Source of the DNA: Mytilus galloprovincialis
Lineage: Eukaryota
Reading direction: 5' to 3'
Assembly: GCF_965363235.1 (NCBI RefSeq)
Contig: NC_134847.1
Coordinates: 63,980,144-64,044,143, forward strand
DNA: 64,000 nt
The notes beneath the pieces were generated by a model. It was not told where the DNA came from. It saw only the letters and a list, made by a program, of their open reading frames with translations, and searched no databases. Position numbers and translations under genes: made by a program. Position 1 is the first letter of the stretch; each line of letters begins with the position of its first letter. Of this stretch, positions 1 through 12,433 are shown in pieces.

Positions 1-1355
1 ATGTCATACATACATTGTAATTGTTTACTGTCATACATTCATTGTAATTGTTTACTGTCATGCATACATTGTTATTGTTTAATGTCATACATACATTGTA
101 ATTGTTTACTGTCATGTATACATTGTTATTGTTTAATGTCATGCATACATTGTAATTGTTTACTGTCATGTATACATTGTAATTGTTTAATGTCATGTAT
201 ACATTGTAATTGTTTACTGTCATACATGCATTGTAATTGTTTACTGTCATGTATACATTGTTATTGTTTAATGTCATACATACATTGTAATTGTTTACTG
301 TCATGTATACATTGTTATTGTTAAATGTCGTGCATACATTGTAATTGTTTACTGTCATGTATACATTATAATTGTTTACTGTCATGTATACATTGTAATT
401 GTTTACTGTCATACATGCATTGTAACTGTTTACTGTCATGTATACCTTGTTATTGTTTAATGTCATACATACATTGTAATTGTTTACTGTCATACATTCA
501 TTGTAATTGTTTACTGTCATGCATACATTGTTATTGTTTAATGTCATACATACATTGTAATTGTTTACTGTCATGTATACATTGTTATTGTTTAATGTCA
601 TGCATACATTGTAATTGTTTACTGTCATGTATACATTGTAATTGTTTAATGTCATGTATACATTGTAATTGTTTACTGTCATACATGCATTGTAATTGTT
701 TACTGTCATGTATACATTGTTATTGTTTAATGTCATACATACATTGTAGTTGTTTACTGTCATACATTCATTGTAATTGTTTACTGTCATGCATACATTG
801 TTATTGTTTAATGTCATACATACATTGTAATTGTTTACTGTCATGTATACATTGTTATTGTTTAATGTCATGCATACATTGTAATTGTTTACTGTCATGT
901 ATACATTGTAATTGTTTGTAATTGTTTACTGTCATGTATACATTGTTATTGTTTAATGTCATGCATACATTGTAATTGTTTACTGTCATGTATACATTGT
1001 AATTGTTTACTGTCATACATGCATTGTAATTGTTTACTGTCATGTATACATTGTTATTGTTTAATGTCATACATACATTGTAATTGTTTATTGTCATACA
1101 TTCATTGTAATTGTTTACTGTCATGCATACATTGTTATTGCTTAATGTCATGCATACCTTGTAATCGTATAATGTCATACATACATTGTAATTGCTTATT
1201 GCCATACATACATTGCAATTGTTAACTGCTTTACATACATTGTAATTGTATAATGTCATACATACATTGTAATTGCTTATTGCCATACATACATTGCAAT
1301 TGTTAACTGCTTTACATACATTGTAATTGTTTAATGCCATGCAAACATTGTAATT
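1..1355. repeat. 27-bp satellite, ~50 tandem copies (consensus tgtcatRcatacattgtWattgtttaM). The unit is a multiple of 3 and stop-free in one frame, which creates the spurious long ORFs at 1-1340
   Basis: Direct period-27 repetition seen in sequence, with higher-order alternation of ...tttac / ...tttaa variants. Confidence 0.95.
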
Positions 1356-1379
1356 GTTGTCGTTTAATGTTATTAGCTC

Positions 1380-1585
1380 ACATTAATCTTTTATAGGCTC
1401 TTATGATTATTGTTACACCCTTATGTTATCTTGGGCTCAGTCTCTTTATAACTCCCATAACGGTTTGCTCTTTGTTGAAGTCCGTACAGTGATCTGTAGT
1501 TGTTAAGATCCTTGTCCTTTGGGTTTTGGTGGATAGGTTTTCTCTCATTTGACAATCCTACCACATCTTCATTATTTCAAATAGA
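1380..1585 (+). mobile_element. SINE/MITE-like interspersed repeat, family ending ...gtctcattggcaatcataccacatcttc (copy 1 of 6)
   Basis: Shares the blocks ttgttgaagaccgtac...tgacctata...gtctcattggcaMtcataccacatcttc with copies at 15700, 41500, 41930, 43860 and 55790. Confidence 0.6.
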
Positions 1586-1673
1586 GTTGCAACGTGGCAT
1601 TTGTGATTTACTCTTTTTTCATATTAATAAATATGCAAACTTAACAACATATTATATTACAAATAAAACATAC

Positions 1674-2003
1674 CTGTTTTGAAAAATCATCATAGGTAAT
1701 AATTGGTCCAGTGAAAAACAAAGGATAGTAAAAGCAATAACTAAATGCATCCAACAAAGAAAAGTGAATCTCCTCTTTTTGTTTCATTTCTTCGTCAGGT
1801 TTTCTTGTAGGACAGGCACTTTCGCTTAGTTTTGTTGTAGCGCTTTGCTGTAGAGGAGCTTTGCAAAATACATATTGTTTAATTGAGGCAGCATACTCCA
1901 CTCGCTCAAGACAAAAACTTGTATAACGTAGATGTGTAAGCGATAATGTAGCCATTAAGGCGTAGTATGAGTTCCTTCTTGAGTCCTCAGGGGTCAATGA
2001 ATT
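1674..2003 (-). CDS. HHAT-like exon 5: NSLTPEDSRRNSYYALMATLSLTHLRYTSFCLERVE...HFSLLDAFSYCFYYPLFFTGPIITYDDFSKQ
   Basis: Acceptor ttttatag, donor gtatgt at 1673; RYTSFCLE and YYPLFFxGPIxxxxDF are MBOAT HHAT/Gup1 signature blocks. Confidence 0.55.
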
Positions 2004-2518
2004 CTATAAAATATGGCAATCATTTATTGACTGGCGTTTTTTTCAAAGTCAACAGGTCAAATTTTGCATGCTCACTATGGAAGAAATAAAGTATTATTTG
2101 TTTAAAGAATGTTACTTGCAACAACTTTTGCAATGTGCAATATAAATTTACATCTACTACTAAATCTTATAAATTGGTTTGTTACATGAAATTATTACAT
2201 AAGTATTTCTGTATTGGCCTTGTTATTGGTCCGCGGCCTGTTGTATTGGCCTGAGGTGAAGCTAATAGTTAAGTGTAGTTAATTAATAATTGAATTTATA
2301 ACCAGCAGCATTCTTAAAACATCTAACAAAACAAGTCTTTTTATTCTTATAAATATGATGTTGATGTCATAAATATGTTTTTTTTTAATTCAATGGTTAT
2401 CTTACTAAACATTTAACACTCTAATACCTGTTACAACTTTCATTAGTCTCTTTAAAATTGTTTAAAACTAGTATATAATAAAGAAATTTCCATCGTTTTT
2501 AGTCTCCCCCTAACTTAC

Positions 2519-2708
2519 CATCAATGTAACACACGCTGGTATATTTAAAGTTGAGATGAGAGCGATGGACATCATCCACACCAAACATTTAGACTGGAGT
2601 AAACAGACTAGATACATTACAGTACAATGTAGAACTTGTAATAACATTGTCTTCCATCCCAGGAGGTATATCAGTAGTATCACAGAATACGAAAGACACA
2701 CCATTCTT
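2519..2708 (-). CDS. HHAT-like exon 4 (hydrophobic multi-pass segment ...MVCLSYSVILLIYLLGWKTMLLQVLHCTVMYLVCLLQSKCLVWMMSIALISTLNIPACVTLM). The 5' acceptor is uncertain: tttacag at 2708 or gacag at ~2714
   Basis: Donor gtaagt at 2518; open hydrophobic frame; the phase join to exon 3 is not cleanly resolved. Confidence 0.35.
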
Positions 2709-2785
2709 CTGTAAATCTGTCAATGTTTAATATAGTAGGAGTATAAGTAGGAGGAGGAGGATTAGTGGTTAGTAGTAGCTATATA

Positions 2786-2810
2786 GTAGTAGTAGTAGTA
2801 GTAGTAGTAA
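2786..2810. repeat. (AGT)n / (TAG)n microsatellite
   Basis: agtagtagtagtagtagtagtag run. Confidence 0.9.
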
Positions 2811-4000
2811 TGGAGAATATATAGTATGTAATTTATTTAGTTACATACATTGCCTATAGGTTACAAAAATACATGAGAGAAGGAAAACAGAGGCGAAAGA
2901 TACCAAAGGGAAATAATTCAAACTCATAAGACAAAACAACTGATAACACCATTGCTAAAAAAACGACAAACAGACAAACTGACAAACAGCAGTACACAAA
3001 ACACAACATGAAAACTAAAAGCTGAGCAACACGAACCCTCCTAAAACTGGTGATGATGTCTGGTGCACCGTATTAAGGGTACGCATATCCTGCTCAACAG
3101 CAGCAAATAAATTTCACAAGTAGCATCCGATTCCGTAGACTATCTTGCTATTTTGTTTGAGTTTAACTGTAAATATAGATAAGAAGATGTAGTGTGAGTG
3201 CCAATGAGACAACTCTCCACCTTAGTCACAATGTATAAAAAGTTACCAATTAAACAACTCAAACACGAAAACAAACATTCTGATCTATATTAAACAAAGA
3301 GATAAACACATATGAACCACACCAAGAGACACCACTAAACAACAGTTTCCTGACTTGGGACAGGTGCATCAAACAGATGTGCTCATAAAACGCATATAAT
3401 TGTGAATGTCAAAGAACATTTTGATTAACTGATAATAAAAAAAAACTACCGTTCAAATTAGTTTTGCTTTATTTTACGAAAGCCCCATGTCTTATATATT
3501 GTATTCTGATTATGAAACTACTGCTCTGAATGTAAAATGAACATTTCCAACTGTTTATATTCATAGCGGGCGATTATTTCAATATTAAAGTTGTTATCCT
3601 TATGCCAGCAAATTAAAAGTTTGGTTGATTTGCCTGCTTTTTTTGTATAGATATTTGCTCAAGAATTGTTATTAAGATTGACATCTGCGGTCAATACATA
3701 GGGGCTTCAGCTTGTATACATTATACTTATAAATGTTTTTGGAAGTTAAGCAATGTATACAAGTTGAATCCCCGCCTATCTAGTGGTTGCAAATGTCAAT
3801 CTTAATTACATTTATACAGCCAACCAAACCTTAAACTTGTTAGCATTATGATAATAGCTTTAAGCACAGGAATAATATATTCTAATTAGTTATCAAAGGT
3901 ACGAGGCTTATAATTTAACACGCCAGACGCGCGTTTAGTCTTCATTAGTGACGCTCAGCTCAAAATAGTTATAAAACCAAATAAGTATATACGTACTTAC

Positions 4001-4111
4001 AAACGACATATGACGTGATGCTACCCAGTCCAGGGCTATGTAAGCAAAGAATGATGGATAGATACTCCAAAATAGGTTGTAGAAAAAATGCCACTCAAAA
4101 TCAGAATTATC
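4001..4111 (-). CDS. HHAT-like exon 3: DNSDFEWHFFYNLFWSIYPSFFAYIALDWVASRHMSF
   Basis: Acceptor tatttcag, donor gtaagtacg; DFEW(S/H)F(W/F) motif of HHAT. Confidence 0.5.
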
Positions 4112-5216
4112 CTGAAATATAGGTATTCATATGAAACTATTTGATATATGTACAGTCATAAATACAGCATAGACCATTCTCGTACCAACCAATTTTCATG
4201 CATCTGATAAGGTCGTTCATTTTTTATCGATTGTTCCGTAATGTTAAGCTATAATTGTTAAGTTAAAATGTTTTTATTTAGAAATCTTAACATTTGCCTT
4301 CATTCTGCACCTGAATTTTGGTTTTAAGCCTTAAAGTGTTTGGTAAACAGATCTGACTTACAGCCGATTGATTTGAGTGTGTAGGTTAAGATAATATAAA
4401 TAGACATGATAGAAGTGGTAATTGGTTTATGTCATATATTGTCTAATGTAAAACATATAGTTTCTTTAAAGTCTTATTTCTTGTGAGAATATATATTGGT
4501 AAATGACTTACGAAATTGGAAGTAATTTCGTCGAAAATAATTACGCTCGCCGGCAATCATGCCTTTGTTGACTTTTACTGAGTAACTGTATCACAAACGG
4601 CTATGCATCGATTGTCGATGTCAAAATGTTTGCTCTTTTCAGTGGTAATTTCTTGTTACTTGGTACAACTTAGTATTTACTTTTTACATATCATGCTAGC
4701 AACACGACAGTCGCCATTGGAACAGGAACTGCTTTATCTTGGTATCCAAGCTTCTAGTTATCCGGTTTGGATGATTGTTTTGCTCAATTTTTAGTTTTTC
4801 GTGTAATATTTTTAAGACTTTTGTGTGTTCTTTTTCTGTAGTCATGGTATTGTTGGTTCTTCTTTGACGGATGTTGTTTGATTGTCTGATTTATAGCTTC
4901 TTATTTTCACAGGTATTTTAAAAAAAATATACAAACACTGACTTCATGGTACTTGATTGATTGAGTGCCTGATTGTTCTGGCTTTTCTTGCTAAATGTCC
5001 TGTGGCATATTTCCCATGCACATTCAAGAAGGAAACAAATAAGCAATAAATCTTATATATAGACCTACAACGATCGGAATCAAGGGCGGAAACATAATGC
5101 CAGAAGAAAAGTTACAAGAGAGTAAAAGATAAAATTTATCAATGTTCTGTGTCCATCGAAATACATTTGTAGATATAAAAAAATGAAGCAAAAATGATAA
5201 TAAAGAGCAAACATAC

Positions 5217-5281
5217 CTTGCCTCTCTTAATGAAAGCCCATCCAGATTGAAAGTCAATCCCACCGAAAAAGGCACCATAAT
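5217..5281 (-). CDS. HHAT-like exon 2: (N)YGAFFGGIDFQSGWAFIKRGK
   Basis: Acceptor ttttaag and donor gtatgt; phase continuous with exon 1; FGG motif as in HHAT TLFGGLKKDATDFEW. Confidence 0.45.
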
Positions 5282-6027
5282 CTTAAAATGGGATAAAATG
5301 TAAGTCAAACATTTGTTTTCAAATAACATTCATAATCAAGTAAGTGAACGAATCGTTTGAGTTGATGGCTGATATTTGGTTGTTTTTATTCAACTATTTA
5401 TACACATGTACGTTGTTTATACTCGGTATGGACGCCTGTCTATCGTCAAACTTTCGGATTCTGCCTCCTTTTGATTTTTTATCGTTTAATAGACGTATCG
5501 TTGCTATTCAACCCCCATAATTCAATTGTTTTGTATGACCACCCTTTTGGAGCATCTTATATCACACCCGGATTTACATTTATGTTATAACGTGTAGCCT
5601 AAAGCTTTCATTGATATGGGTTGGTTTTTTTTTTTGCAGACGTTTTTTTCTTGTTTGTTCCTAAAGCTTTCTCCTTACTTTTGATTTGTTTCCTTAGTAA
5701 CCTGTCGTTTGGAATTTTAAGGATTTAAATACATGCAATTTGCAACAATATTGACTTGAAGAATGAAAATCTTAAAAATTTAAATGCAAGTAACACATTT
5801 TTTTTAGTTAGATACAATATTTACATGAACATGATTGTATCGAATTACATATACAGCTTAAACGATTTATTAAAATAATGAACAAATAGTACAAGCAAAC
5901 TAAAATTAAATCTAGGGAATCAATCACATTAAGGGGCAACTGTTAACATTTGTTAATTTCATATACAGTTATTAGTTTTTTGAAGGGCCTCCTTGTCCGA
6001 GTTGTCTAAGAAGTCTAACTATAGTAT

Positions 6028-6188
6028 TCAGGGGCGGATCCAGCCATTTTAAAAAGGGGGGGTTCCTAACCCAGGACAAAGGGGGGTTCCAATTACATGT
6101 CCCCATTCAAATGCATTGATCGTCCAAAAAAAGGGGGGATTCCAACCCCCGTAACCCCTCCCCCCCCCCCCCCCTTGGATCTGCGCCT
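6028..6188. mobile_element. MITE, G/C-homopolymer-core family (termini ggcggatccag...ctggatctgcgcc), copy 1 of 4
   Basis: Imperfect terminal inverted repeat, internal poly-G/poly-C tracts and aaaaagggggg blocks; related to 14455, 39248 and 45400. Confidence 0.6.
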
Positions 6189-6375
6189 GGTATTGTACCA
6201 CTATCCTGTCAACACTGAGGTTGCGAGTTCAAATCCAGCACGTGGCAGGTGCGCTAGACGCAAATCTTAACTGACTGAAATTGTCAGTTTTGCCGAAGGT
6301 TGGTGGTTCTTTCCGACTTCCTCCACCATTAAAAATCAACCTCCACGAAATAGCCAATAGTGTTAGAATATAATA
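6189..6375 (+). mobile_element. tRNA-derived SINE (B-box-like gagttcaaatcc)
   Basis: caacactgaggttgcgagttcaaatcc...ttaactgactgaaattgtcag... shared with 62145-62410 and a fragment at 23640. Confidence 0.6.
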
Positions 6376-6702
6376 CTGATATATAGTCTTTGATCTTATT
6401 ACATTGAAACTTCACAATTACTAAAAAAAAACCCACATAGACTCGGAGGACATCCATACTGCATAAACAGAAGATGAGAAAGTAACCCGACTAATCCACT
6501 CGTTATATTCCGACTCACTATATATAATACATCGCTACATTCCCTCGAGAGTACACTGGCCGATAGAGGGCGCTGAATCATTCGCGTTAACAATCAAAGC
6601 TGAAAGAGAGACCAACACAACAATTGAAACAGACCAGAAAACGACAAAAGGACAAAAAACAACATACAAAACGCGCAATATTTCGAACTAATCTTTACTT
6701 AC

Positions 6703-6835
6703 TGTTTGATGCCATATACACACAGTATGTAATGTATGCCACAACAGATATATGTACACTTATGTAGAAGTAGGTCTCCCAAGCTGGTAATATCATCCAA
6801 GGCTTTTTAGTATTAGTCTTTTTCTTGGACTCCAT
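6703..6835 (-). CDS. HHAT-like exon 1 (start codon): MESKKKTNTKKPWMILPAWETYFYISVHISVVAYITYCVYMASN
   Basis: ATG at 6833-6835 (minus); donor gtaagt at 6702; resembles human HHAT MLPRWELALYLL... Confidence 0.45.
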
Positions 6836-9399
6836 TTTAATTAAATTTCTAAAAACAAATGTTCTAGTATATCAATAACATGTGTTTTCTACCTAATTAC
6901 AATGTACAAATAATCATTAGCATGTTATTTCGTTTTTAAGAAGAAAAAAAAACATGTTCTTTTAAAGCTTTAAAGTACATATTCATGTAGTAAATATATA
7001 TTTATTAAAGTTTAATGAACTTTTTTTTATATCGCTATATATGTGCATATATGCAGGTATTTGCAGAATTCTAGAAGTTTTTCGACAAATTACAAAAAGG
7101 CCGAAAAAAAGAAAAAACATTATTTACCTTTATAGACTTTTTGTACATTTTCCGCAATTATATACTGAAAATTTAACTATAAATACGGTATGAGAGTTTG
7201 TACACAAAATATTTAAGAAAAAGAACTGTTATCTTTAGGGACACGTACATTGGTAAAATTCCTTGTATCATTATCTTCAACAATATTAAATAATGATGTT
7301 TTGTTGGTCTTCAAACTGTATTCTTTCGAGTGCCAATGATGACTACTTATATAAATATAAACGAAACACGCGTCTGATGTACCAAATGATAAACCAGGTC
7401 TTTTTGACGTGTTTTTACACTCAAAGATTATATGCCATTATTGGTGGTCGTTTCGTCCCCGGGAATATTTTCAACCCAGCAGTAAGCTTTATTGTGTTTT
7501 CTATATCCTAATTAATCACTTCAATTTTAGGTTTTGCTGTATGTAAACATCCTGTGTTATTGGTCTGTCTATTTGTTGTATAACTTTGATTTGAAATTAG
7601 ACCCAAAAAAAAGACTTGCAGTGAGATTGGTGTTTATATTTATTTTTATTTATTTTATTTATTTTTTTTGACTTTGAGATAAATCAGCAATTAAAGCGCT
7701 GTTCCTTTGCTTTTGTGTTGTTGGTTTTTTCTTCTATGAATGGACTTTAATTGTGTCGTGGACGGATGGATATCCCATATACTTTTTTTTTATCAAATGA
7801 TAAAAGGGTAGAACGTTAGTCAAAGTTTAAATTTTCTGTACAAATGTTTTTCATTGAGAAAAATATAAGTTACGTATAGAGTACCTCGTGTCACTTATAT
7901 TATAATCGTTATCTATAAGTAGAACGGAAGTTCTTTACATTACAGGAAAAGATCCATTCACTTATATGCAGCATCTTCTTCCTAGTAGCTTACTATCGTT
8001 TTAAAGGGAATTTGATTCAACATTTTCATGAATGACAAGTTGAAAATACCCTAAAGACTTTGGTACGTGAGGAAACGAAAATCAACACCAGGAGGACAAT
8101 TTATATACAGCACAGCAAAGAGACAAGACATATACATTGACAAACATGATAAAGTATTGGAATCAAACAAACGAATCATTTTTGGGAACAGAAAAGAGAA
8201 TATACTACTACACCCACATCGTTTTACAAACTTTTTTTGAAAATGGTGTTTGGTAAACGTAACTAAGTTTTCAGTAGATCATATGAAAGTTTACCTTTTG
8301 TGGCACTCTTTTTTATAACCGTAAATCGCAATTTAAAGTAATTTTAGTAAATCAATATTAAAAGCTAGAATAACACTGCTACACAAGCAAATGTGTTAGT
8401 CTGGTTATATTCAGAATGTAGAGTTTTCAAGTAAGGATAGATTTATAGTTTCAGATTTATAACCTATCTCAGAAAGTTAATGACAATTACTTACCATCGG
8501 TGATGCGTGTTGATATACCTTCCTGGGGTGATTACGTGTCACTGTAACCGTGATCAACACTTAAAGATATTCGAATTATCCATCATTAAAATGATGATGA
8601 TGAGGTGGAAGAGGAAGAAGGAATATGAGGTGGGGAAGGGGGATGAGGAAGAGAAGAAGTGGTATCATTGTCAAGACAGCTATTCCTATCGACCAGAGTT
8701 CAAATGACAAAACAAATATAGTTCCCAGTACGGCTTTCAGCGATGAAAAAACTATTAATACCGACATATATCTAATCTTTAAAAGGCCCAGACACGAAAT
8801 ATGAAGAGCTACTTTTCAAATCGATTTAACATAGTAGTCTTGTCGTGAAAATGATGGCAATGGTGACTTTTAACTACCATAGTCTAATTTGCCAATCTTC
8901 TCTGGTTATATTGTTTGTCCTTTTTGGTTTTAACAGCTCTTCAAATAAAGTTTTGGATTTTCAAATATTTTGGCAACGAGCATCACTGAAAATACATTTA
9001 TTGTCGAAATGCGTATCTGGTGCAGTAAAATTGTTACTGTTCATGTTAACACATGTAAATGTATATTCAGGAAGATCGATATGAAAATAAATCAAAGTTG
9101 TACGAAACAAACATACAGAGCCGGATTTGTAATGTGTGAGGAAACAGTCCGCAAAACGACATATCGCACTACTCGGACACATTAGTTTGGCTCCAAGTCA
9201 ACCATGCAGTCTTAATCTTGTATAACTTATGTTTAGTGGAGAAGCAGCAACATATGTATCGCTGATTTAAACCGACTGGTATAATGATATCTATAATGTA
9301 TGCCTCTAGAAGAAAGCTTTCCAAAACATAATCGAAAAATACATAAGTGATTCATAATTTAGATATACATATAATGAAATCATTTTTTTTATATAAATT

Positions 9400-9830
9400 C
9401 GACTCCGTCGCTTCAGGATAGTAATACAAAAAGATCAATAATTCAGAAATTGAATGGAACTTATGTTTACTAGATCAGCAAACCGACCTTTAGATGTAAA
9501 GATAATGAAGGCATTTCATATGACGTCTATAAACAACTATTTGATTCACTTGTGAGTCCTATTGATGAATATGGTGACACGATTTGGGAGTGCAAGAATT
9601 TTTCATTTATAAATGCCATTCAGATGAGAGCTTGTAGATTCCTCCTTGGTGTTGGTAAATACACACCAAACCTAGCTGTCATGGGATACATGGGTTGGGT
9701 TCCAATTTACAATACACAATGGAAAGAAATTGCAAGACACTCGCATAGAATAGTAAATACGGAGCCGATCATATTAGCACAAAATATTTATATGGACAGA
9801 TTAGGTCAATCAGAAACATAAAATTGTTCA
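9400..9830 (+). mobile_element. Degraded non-LTR (LINE) retrotransposon fragment, ORF2 C-terminal region
   Basis: ORF 9552-9821 contains IQMRACRFLLGVGKYTPNLAVMGYMGWVPI, matching the post-RT motif QNRALRxITGAxRTTPxxALxxExGxxPL of jockey/CR1-like elements. Confidence 0.45.
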
Positions 9831-11536
9831 AAAAAAAATTGGAATATCATGGTTAAAAAACAGTTCACGGAACTTGAACTGGTTGACTTTGTAATACAAA
9901 CACTAATATTAATAAAAAAAATATGTTTGTTGAAACATTCTTGTAAAGAATGTTTGATAAATATATTGATAAATGGAAAAGCATCGTTTATTCATCCTTT
10001 TCAAGACGGGCAAATGGGCGTAACAAGTTGAGAACATATAATATTTTAAGCAAGATTACGTACGTTGTTGAAAACTACTGCAAACTGTTGATGCCTTTTA
10101 GTGAAACTCCACCTTTGTGAAATTAAGATCTAAAAGGCTGGATTCTGGAAGGAATGGAAATTGGCGTAGACTGTGACATCGCTATTTTGAAGTGGAAAGA
10201 TCTCATTGCGGTAGGAAAAGTTGAAATACTTGATTACGGTATGAAACTTCAAATCGTTTGTCGACAATTTATGATTGTGAATTTCCCTAGGAATGGGAAA
10301 AACCTTAAAAAATCTGTCTAATTTGTATATAAATACATACTAATATTTGATAACATATGCAGAAGGATTTTATTAACTAATAGAGAGAAAGTGGCGCCGA
10401 AATATTTGCAGGTTTGTTTCTAAATTGTATGACAGCTTTTTATTTGTTTTCGTTCAGTTGTTTTTCTTTCTATATAGATAAAATCAAAATTAAAACATTC
10501 ATATTTATTTTTATTTAATAACATGAGTTGATGATTTTATAGTTTACTAAGATATCATTACTTGGATAACTTTCAGTTTAAAAATAAAAAGTGGTTTATT
10601 TCCGATGCTAAGTTTGGTAACAAAAATAAATCGGAAACCGACATGATAAAGATGCTTGATTTCTTAATTGACAAAATTTGTTATGCTTGGATGACGTGTT
10701 TTTCAACAAACAATCTACATTCTCTTGGGAACCAACTTTGTGCTTATTCTTTACAACATGTTCCTTTTGATGTAACGTATAGTTCAATTAACATACAGAA
10801 CATACAATTATTGTAACCCCCCCCCCCCATACACAGACATTTATTTCCTGTATCAAGACAAACAATCCTGACGCTGTTTTCCTTTGATCTACCTGTTTTC
10901 TGAGGAGTTGGGTGTTTATGGTTGTTATGCAGTATCTCTGTATTTACTCTTAACCTGGTAAGGTATTTTGTTCAATTAACTTTACTCAATCATAAAGAAA
11001 TGTATTTTGATTTAACTAGCAATGATAATTTTTGTATCAGAAATTTTCAAGATTTTTTAAAAATAAACAGACCGACTGAATTTTGTTGGTGATATTGATT
11101 ACTGGTACAGTATAAAGACCAGGATTATCATTACTCTAAAATTTTGTATACAAAAAAAAAAAGAATGTGTAACTGAAAACACGAATTCCCCTGCACAAGC
11201 TTTGCAATGAATGTAAGTTGTACGTACGGACGGTCAAGAGTAACACTAAATGACCCCTACGGCGGGGCATACACGTAAATGTTCATTATGCTATCTTAAT
11301 GCTGTTGATTTAAATTTGATAACATTGTTTTACCCTTCTTGTCTTGTTGCATTTACTTATTTAGCAAGTAAGAAGCACACTTTTTTTGTGGAAATAAGCA
11401 AAAAAAAAGAGCACTGTTTCATTATTTATGAGTTTGACTTTTTAAGGATGTTATTACTGTTTCTCTGTGTGTATGTTTTGATTGCTTCTTAGTTCATTCT
11501 TCATACAAAATGCACCATTCTTTACTTTTTTACAGA

Positions 11537-11756
11537 ATGACTTCTGTCTTAATGGTTACATTCATTATGATGTGTATGGTATGTGAGACTGTTTTTTCGT
11601 TACCGTGTCTAACAAACAAATCCAAAGAAGATTTCATCAAAGCCAGAAAAGCATTAACCAACCTTGAAGATTTCCTAAAAAGCCAAGCAAGTGCTATCAA
11701 CTCTAAAGTACAGGCTTTAGACACAGATTTGACATCGATGGAAGCGAATTTCAAAA
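11537..11756 (+). CDS. Lectin exon 1: MTSVLMVTFIMMCMVCETVFS (signal peptide) then LPCLTNKSKEDFIKARKALTNLEDFLKSQASAINSKVQALDTDLTSMEANFK
   Basis: ATG at 11537 just after ttttttacag (alternative upstream ATG at 11510); donor gtgagg at 11757. Confidence 0.6.
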
Positions 11757-12064
11757 GTGAGGATTTTTGTTTTGTTCTGCTTCGTAACTCTCTTCAAAGG
11801 AGAAAAAATAATTCATACTAATGTATTTTTTTAAATAGAGAATAAAACAACGAAATGAACGAATAATAAAAATTTGGTTAATGTGAGTCAGTTTCTCTGT
11901 TTCCACTACATTTGTACATGGCAGTACAAAAAAAAAACCGTTTGTGATATTTAACCAAAAAAATCATCCGAGTATTTGACATTGAAATGCTTGTCAGTTT
12001 TCTGTACTGCTTTATGCTTTTTTATTTAAATTGCTATTTAATATGAATTTGAAATATCATTCAG

Positions 12065-12138
12065 GGAGACAATGGAGAAAGTACAACAGCCACTGTTATT
12101 ATATTGGGGATGACACGGTTATATGGACGGATGCAGAG
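12065..12138 (+). CDS. Lectin exon 2: RRQWRKYNSHCYYIGDDTVIWTDAE
   Basis: Acceptor cattcag, donor gtaaac; CTLD N-terminal block. Confidence 0.6.
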
Positions 12139-12339
12139 GTAAACTTATGTCTATATTGTCACTGCAGTGTTTTATTTGCGGATAGAAAAACTTGAAAAAA
12201 TATTTTCTATCCGCAATTTTTTTCAATTACGGATTAATGTTGTGTTTTTATTTGTTTGACTGTAAATGTTGCGTGAAATGTTTTTGTACAAATAGCAGAA
12301 ATTATAGTTCCCATTTGAAAAACCATCTTAACTTTTTAG

Positions 12340-12433
12340 AGAACATGCCGGGAGATTGGAGGGTATTTAGCGAAGATAGATGATTCGTCAGAAAACAGTT
12401 GGATACAACAGCAACTAAAAAATGCCAGCATAA
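12340..12433 (+). CDS. Lectin exon 3: RTCREIGGYLAKIDDSSENSWIQQQLKNASI
   Basis: Acceptor ctttttag, donor gtaagt; C..GG.LA.I..EN.WI block. Confidence 0.65.

Larger units (their letters stand above)
1674..6835 (-). other. HHAT-like (hedgehog acyltransferase / Gup1 family MBOAT) gene, 5' portion. ATG at 6835; the 3' exons lie left of the window
   Basis: Five exons with splice signals. Peptides match HHAT landmarks: LP.WE N-terminus, FGG...DFEW, RYTSFCLE and YYPLFFTGPI..DF. Confidence 0.5.

Noticed and set aside
1-1340. Long ORFs (107, 198, 161, 89 aa) on both strands encoding MSYIHCNCLLS-type repeats
   Set aside because: They are an artefact of a stop-free 27-bp (9-codon) satellite: there are no splice signals, no start context, and the periodicity is exactly the repeat unit.
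8507-8767. ORFs in a purine-rich stretch (MMMMRWKRKKEYEVGKGDEEEKKW…)
   Set aside because: GA-rich low-complexity DNA (atgatgatgatgaggtggaagaggaagaagg…); no coding evidence.
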